A stretch of 64,000 nt of DNA from Lepidodermella squamata. Its lineage: Eukaryota > Animalia > Gastrotricha. Below the pieces are notes generated by a model. It was not told the DNA's origin, searched no databases, and worked only from the letters and a program-made list of their open reading frames with translations. A program made the position numbers and the translations under genes. How positions within the stretch are numbered: the first letter of the stretch is position 1; each line of letters opens with the position of its first letter. Where the stretch lies: assembly GCA_047495785.1 (NCBI GenBank), contig JBLDXI010000042.1, forward strand, positions 4,960,001 through 5,024,000. Direction: 5' to 3'. Positions 58,244 through 64,000 of this stretch are shown in pieces.

Positions 58244-59851
58244 GTCTCACGACTAGTACCAGACCGGTGACCTGACCCAACAGGTGACTGGTGACCGGCG
58301 GGTCGACTTGACCCGTTGCCGCTGAGTCAGGTAATACGCAGGTAAAGAAGGCGGTAAAACATCTTCACCACCAAAGCGCCGCTAGCGATATCCGTTGCTC
58401 TTGGTACCGTAAAAATGAGCGAATTCAGCCAGTGGGATGATATTGACAAGTTTTTGCAAGTTGCGCCAAGTTGCGCGCCGTGTGAAAACTTTCGAAAAAC
58501 TTTCGAAAAACTTCAACGAAATCGACAACAATCGGCAAAATTGACCAAAGCTGTTTACACAGCCCGGTGTCCTGAGGTAGCGAGTCACGTCAACAGCGCA
58601 ATACAGAGGGCTAGGGCGGCGAAGAGGGGCGGAACTCTTGAGACGCGGATTAGGGATTAGCGGATTAACACCGCTTTTGAGAGCGAGCGCCTTGCAGACC
58701 TGCAATAAGGGCAATAAAAATGTGACAACTGCGCACGGAGAGGGTTCATTCGAACGCGGTTTTTCAAGAAATTGACTGCTACATGTTGTAATGGGTCGGC
58801 GGGGGAATAGCGTCCAGCGTTTGGAAAGAGCTGAGTAACACGGGTCGTAAAATGGCTCGGCTCAGTCTCAGTGGTTATCGAACCACCCCGATTAGGTGCT
58901 AGGAGCTAGCAATGGGCGGTTGTTTCGGTGTTACTATAGCCACCCTCGTGCGCAGTCCGGTATAAACTCATTTCGAGTCCCATAGGTACGCAGCCGCCGA
59001 ACACCCAGTTTATGCGCACCGATAGCGAACATCCCTTTTACGGCATATCTGGCCGACATTGCGCGAAAAAGTTAGCCCATTATAGAGCTTTAATACCAGT
59101 CGCTAGGTGCTAGCGGTTTGCTATCAGCCGCGTTTAGCTAACGTGACGAAGTGGTTCTGTGGTCAGTGGATGATTTTTGCAAAAAAAACCAGCCGCCAAG
59201 TTATTCTGATTAATGGATTTAATTCCGCGGATTCATCGCTACTTTCCGCGTCTATTTTTAAATTTTTCCGCGGCGCGAATAGTGGTTTCCGCGTCAAAAG
59301 TCTTAACACCGCACCTTTGCACACTATTAAGCAGAAAGGTAAACAATCGCGCGCACTCGCGCATTATTCCGCAGCGCACCACCGCGGCGATTTTAAGAAT
59401 TCCGCGGGCGCAACACACAGAGCCTTTGTTGAATCCGAAGACTCATTCAAACAAATTGTCGTGTAAGCGTTCAAATTTCCCGCCAACATATTGAATTTGA
59501 AATAAAAAAAAATTTTATGACGTGGCTAAAATTTTTCAAACTGAGCTATATTTTGTCAGTGAAAACTTTACGCGGGGTATTCAAAGTTTTGATGAAGTCT
59601 CAAAAGTGTCTCAGCTGTTTGACCGCTGTGATTTGTGATCGGGAGACACGCGCCGCCATCGTCCTTCGGAGTCTTTACATTCCAGATCTAGGTTCTAGTT
59701 TTGATCGCCGCGCCAAGTTGCACTGACCACTTGTTGTTTTCAATGTGGTTTCCCCTACCTTGTCACTTGGGATTTCTTTGACGTGCATCTAAGCGAAAGC
59801 CGAAAGCTAATTCTTTCTGACCTTAAACTGTATTTTAGGCCGCATTTAATC

Positions 59852-61287
59852 ATGGAAGTTACTCACGTTAATCAAGCCTACGAAATGTCACCAGTTTCAT
59901 CTTCGGCCTACTCTAGATTCGACATTGGCGCAGAAACGCCCAAAACTGCGGGAGTGGTCAAACGAAGTGTATCTCATTCTAGCTCAGGATCACCAATTCA
60001 AAACTGCACAGTCTCTGAACTTCATCTTCAATCTCCGAATCGGAGAGCACCACAAGCCATGAGAAGTCTATCAAGCTCGAGAGGACAATTAGCGAAGAGA
60101 ATTGTCTTCTTGATACTATATTTGATCTATTTCTTCTACTCAATCCTCCGGTGTGTTTTCGGGGATTGTCCTCGCGATGAAGGATGGTGGACTCTCCTCA
60201 TACTGAGCTGCGTCTTCTTTGCTGGTATTGCGTTTCGAATGTTCTATATCTACGCTTGGCCTCTTTGTTGGCCGATAATCAGAGTCAGAGTTGAGAGATT
60301 GAAAAACGTCCCCCACCTTCAATGGTAAGCTAAAATATAGTTTTCCGCCATGATTGAATAAGTTTTCGCTTGTAGGATCGTTTACGGCGTGATTATTTCA
60401 TCCTATCTCCTATTCATTATCATTGATACTACTGTAAATAGACAGGTAAGTCTAACCACCATTGTTAATAATGGTATAAGTTTCTGGATTATTCGTAGGA
60501 TCCGCAGTCTTTGATTTCGTTGTGCGGTGTTTCAGTTACTCTTCTTCTCTGCGCCGCTGGGTCTTACTCGCATCGAAGGATCTGCCTGCGTCCCGTCATT
60601 GTCGGACTAGCCTTGCAATTCGTCTTCGCCCTGATCGTCCTTCGCTGGGAACTTGGCCAGTTCATCTTCAAATGGCTAGGTCTGCAAGTTGAGCTGTTCC
60701 TTCTCAGCGCGAATGCTGGCGCTAAATTCGTATGGCCAACCGCGTTTTCATCCTTTGATTTCGCCTTTTTCGTAATGCCAATCATCCCATTTTTCTCGGC
60801 TGTTACTTCGGTGTTGTACTATCTGGGATGGATTCAGGCGGTCATAAAAGTTTTGGCAAACGCCATGGAGAAATTGATGGGAACAACGGCTGGCGAAAGC
60901 ACCACATGTTCAGCTAACGTTTTCCTAGGAATGGTATGTGATATTTCAATTTATCAATTATCAGCTTGAAATCTCTTTATTTAGACTGAAGCACCCTTGT
61001 TGATTCGTCCGTTTTTGCGTCATATGACGAAATCGGAACTGCACGCCGTGATGACTGGTGGCTTCGCGACAATAGCCGGTTCTGTCATGGGCGCGTTCAT
61101 CTTTCTCGGCGTTGACTCGACCCATCTGTTAGCTGCTAGCCTCATGGCAGCTCCGGCAGCTCTTGCGCTAAGCAAACTGGTCTACCCTGAGACGGAAGAG
61201 TCGGCAATGACTGCTGCAAATGTCGAGCAATTCACGCATAGTGACGACTCGTCGCGGCCAAACAACATCATCGAAGCAGCTTGCGAG
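59852..61287 (+). CDS. Concentrative Na+/nucleoside cotransporter (SLC28/CNT family), 5' portion; continues beyond the window
   Basis: Exons 59852-60324, 60376-60445, 60499-60933 and 60985-61287. Motifs [76 protein letters not shown] and KLVYPETE. Confidence 0.92.
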
Positions 61288-61365
61288 GTTAGAAAGTTTA
61301 TTTATAAAGTTCAACATAACGTCATTTATTCGGAATGATTCGGAATCCCATTCATCCACTATCTT

Positions 61366-63732
61366 TCACTTTTGTGTGAATGAAGGATACAGCACGTGTA
61401 TCAAACTTAATATAGTCAAAGTTAGGCTTAAGAATGAGACAGCAGTTGACTGAGCTACATAAACGGGTTCAGTGCTACCTCCAATAATCACAACAATCAT
61501 TACGCCTGAAACGAACAGGGTAGAAATATTTGCCACAGACTGGCGAATGATCTGAAGTTCTGGGAATTGAGACATTTTCAAAGTTCTCGCCAAGGCCCCG
61601 CCACTTAAGAAGTAAGCGAAGTAGAGACCTCCGAGCAGTAGTAAGGTATCGATGCCTAAAAATACAAACAGCCAAGCTTGCATGTGTCCACTCGTGCACT
61701 GTATCCACGAATGCTCAATTAAAGCATCAGGTATCACTTGATAAGTTGGCTCGTTGTGCTCGAGATGACATGACAAACCATCTTCCGCCAACATCCAAAA
61801 AATAAACAGGGCTATGTCGAGGGCGATGAATAAGGAAGTGCAGCGAAACGCAATTTTGTCAACGGTAGGTAAAATTTGTTCAAAACTGACGTGGAAATGA
61901 GCATGATCCGATCCAAATCTGCGAATAGTCACAGGCTTTGCACTGAGCAACGTTACAGTAGATTGTAATGCATTCGGATTGTAGTATGACACCGCCATTT
62001 CCAGCTCGTTTGGCTTGACCAATTTAGCAATTGTTGCTATTCTTGAACTGAAGGCTGCTGTTAACCCAGAACCTGACACTATCAAGAAAAACATTGCTGC
62101 AATGAAACAAATTTCCACTGAATGAAGGCTGTCTGAGTATATCGACATCGTAATCAAAATTGAACCCAAGCACAATCCAAGTGACAGAATTAGCGATAAA
62201 GCCTTGATTTGAGGAAAATTGACCGATTCAACCCCGATCTTAGCTAGCCCAGCTGCAGATATTAGCATGAAAATTCCAGCTAAAATGAAGATAATAATAG
62301 TTAAATCTCGTGAAATTGTGACGAAAATGATGGCGTAATTTGGTCCATCTTTCGGAGAATCCAGTTCGCCCCACCAAGTGATATTTTGGTCTCGTAATTT
62401 GACCGAATAGCTGTCGTATTCAAAATCTACACTTCCAGGTAGCTGATCGATAAAAGCAATTTCTTGCATGCCATCTCCTGGAATGAATTTCGTAACAGCC
62501 TGGAAATCAGTTTCGACCAGACCTTGCTTATTGAACGATATCGGCCCTGTTCTTAGGCCTGTAACTTTGCTGTTTATCACAGTTTGATTGACGGCTTTCA
62601 TGATTAGACCAGGCTGCTCATCGAAATCTCGTAGGCTGAGGTTGAAATTTTGATTCAGGACTTTCTCGCTTTCATGCAATGTATATAGAACTTTCAGGGC
62701 CGAGTCGTGTAAATTGTACTCCAGCAGATAGTCCCGGCCCTCACTTTGCACAGTTCTGTTGTTCAATACGTCTAAGTATCGCTCAAAGTCGCGAACAGAT
62801 TTACCAGTCGATGCCACTAAAGATCGATTGAAAGGTTTCAACATGCTGCCAAACCAAAATGTTCGATCAAACTGTTCCATCATATGGCTTGAAGTGCATC
62901 CTTTCGGTACGCCATCAGCGAATCCTGTAACGTCAGCGATGAAAACAACCCTCGGACCTTGCAGACCAGCTTTGTAAGATTCGCATAGAAATTTTATGGT
63001 CTGAGTTGAAACGGCGAGCACGATGATTCTCATATCAGATGCTTTGAAGGCTGTCAATGCTGGGTCTAACTCGTCGTTTTTCGACCCATCGTCGTACATC
63101 CAACTAAGACTGACTCCGACGGTTGAGGAGAAGTTCAGGGAAACCGCTTTTTCATGCATAAACATGGCAGTTCCGTAGTCGCTTACACTTTCCATATGCG
63201 TGAGGATTCCAATTCTGTTCCATCGCCCGATGTGGCGTATGAAACGAAGCATGGCAACCGCTGTTGTCCTCAGAGTTGCCATCATCAAGTACAACTCCGG
63301 GTATTTCGCGTGATCCGATAACAAAGGGGCGGAGCATAGCGGGCTGATCGCAATTGTATTGTAGTGCTTCAACACCGGGGCGAGAGCTTTGCAGCCTGTT
63401 GAAAAATCGCCGGCTAGAATTAGAGGCGAGCTCATCTCGTAGGATTTGTTGAATTTCTCGCTTTTAAATGCGATGAATTGCGTAACTGAATCGTAACCAA
63501 AACTGTCCTCCTTGAATATGATGTTAACGTGGTAGTTCGGTAAAATATTTGGACTTTCGTTGGCGAAATCTGCAGCGGCTTGAATGCCATTTTTAAGTGC
63601 ATTAATCACCTGAGGGTCGATGATTGAAAGTGGTGTTAATGCGATGACATTTAAGCGGTAATTTTTGTTAGATTTTGCAGCATCGATGCAGCGATAAAGT
63701 ATTGCAAGCAAAATATATGCTTGAATATGCAT
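61366..63732 (-). CDS. Intronless class C GPCR, GABA-B-like (Venus-flytrap/ANF-receptor domain plus 7TM)
   Basis: Single ORF from MHIQAYILLAIL. Motifs AADFANESPNILPNYHV, SAPLLSDHAKYP and WNRIGIL; the linker ITWWGELDSPKDGP has no Cys-rich domain; seven hydrophobic segments and almost no C-tail. Confidence 0.88.
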   Translation of the reverse strand: MHIQAYILLAILYRCIDAAKSNKNYRLNVIALTPLSIIDPQVINALKNGIQAAADFANESPNILPNYHVNIIFKEDSFGYDSVTQFIAFKSEKFNKSYEMSSPLILAGDFSTGCKALAPVLKHYNTIAISPLCSAPLLSDHAKYPELYLMMATLRTTAVAMLRFIRHIGRWNRIGILTHMESVSDYGTAMFMHEKAVSLNFSSTVGVSLSWMYDDGSKNDELDPALTAFKASDMRIIVLAVSTQTIKFLCESYKAGLQGPRVVFIADVTGFADGVPKGCTSSHMMEQFDRTFWFGSMLKPFNRSLVASTGKSVRDFERYLDVLNNRTVQSEGRDYLLEYNLHDSALKVLYTLHESEKVLNQNFNLSLRDFDEQPGLIMKAVNQTVINSKVTGLRTGPISFNKQGLVETDFQAVTKFIPGDGMQEIAFIDQLPGSVDFEYDSYSVKLRDQNITWWGELDSPKDGPNYAIIFVTISRDLTIIIFILAGIFMLISAAGLAKIGVESVNFPQIKALSLILSLGLCLGSILITMSIYSDSLHSVEICFIAAMFFLIVSGSGLTAAFSSRIATIAKLVKPNELEMAVSYYNPNALQSTVTLLSAKPVTIRRFGSDHAHFHVSFEQILPTVDKIAFRCTSLFIALDIALFIFWMLAEDGLSCHLEHNEPTYQVIPDALIEHSWIQCTSGHMQAWLFVFLGIDTLLLLGGLYFAYFLSGGALARTLKMSQFPELQIIRQSVANISTLFVSGVMIVVIIGGSTEPVYVAQSTAVSFLSLTLTILSLIHVLYPSFTQK

Positions 63733-64000
63733 GGCGGATGAAACATTGTGCAATGTGGGTGAATAGCTTCGACTTTTTGTAAGCAATCGGAAACCTTTCG
63801 GAAGAAAGTGTTGCGTGACGGTTTTTGCGGAGTCTTTTTTGTTCAAATTTTTCCTGTTCTCGCGAGGTTTATGAACTACAAATGGACAATGAGTGACGCC
63901 TTGTCAAATTGATTATTTTGCGAATTCGGTTTTTTCCGCTATGACAGCCTTGAGATTTTGGGATTTGATGTACCTCTGCTAAAATGTTTCCATCTTCGGG

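Overview
Compact animal (invertebrate-type) genomic DNA with many 48-62 bp GT-AG introns; the species cannot be identified from the sequence. I built the gene models by hand-splicing, because the ORF track misses or misrepresents most of them. Bases 1-37062 hold five co-oriented minus-strand genes (A-E). Each begins with a predicted signal peptide and encodes an extremely cationic, low-complexity protein. A-D carry protamine-like K/R/H/S tandem repeats of about 800 to more than 2400 aa, and E is H1-like with Trp/Arg motifs. A also has a discoidin-like domain and a cystine knot upstream of its polycation. B, C and D share a short N-terminal CxxC..C segment and end in acidic V/E/T tails, with C and D sharing a QEPDxVxxTEW motif. 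My best inference is an undescribed family of secreted polyelectrolyte materials (adhesive, cement, cocoon or extrusome) or cationic-peptide polyproteins. The long plus-strand Ala/Leu-rich and Cys-rich ORFs are antisense shadows. A transposon-rich spacer (about 37.8-42 kb) follows. The right half contains two paralogous class A-like GPCRs with an unrecognised Cys-containing ectodomain, a SUEL-lectin type I membrane protein, a NIT-type membrane guanylyl cyclase lacking the catalytic Asn/Arg, and an SLC28 nucleoside transporter. One SLC28 intron hosts an antisense, intronless GABA-B-like class C GPCR. Several MITEs and tRNA-derived SINEs are also present.
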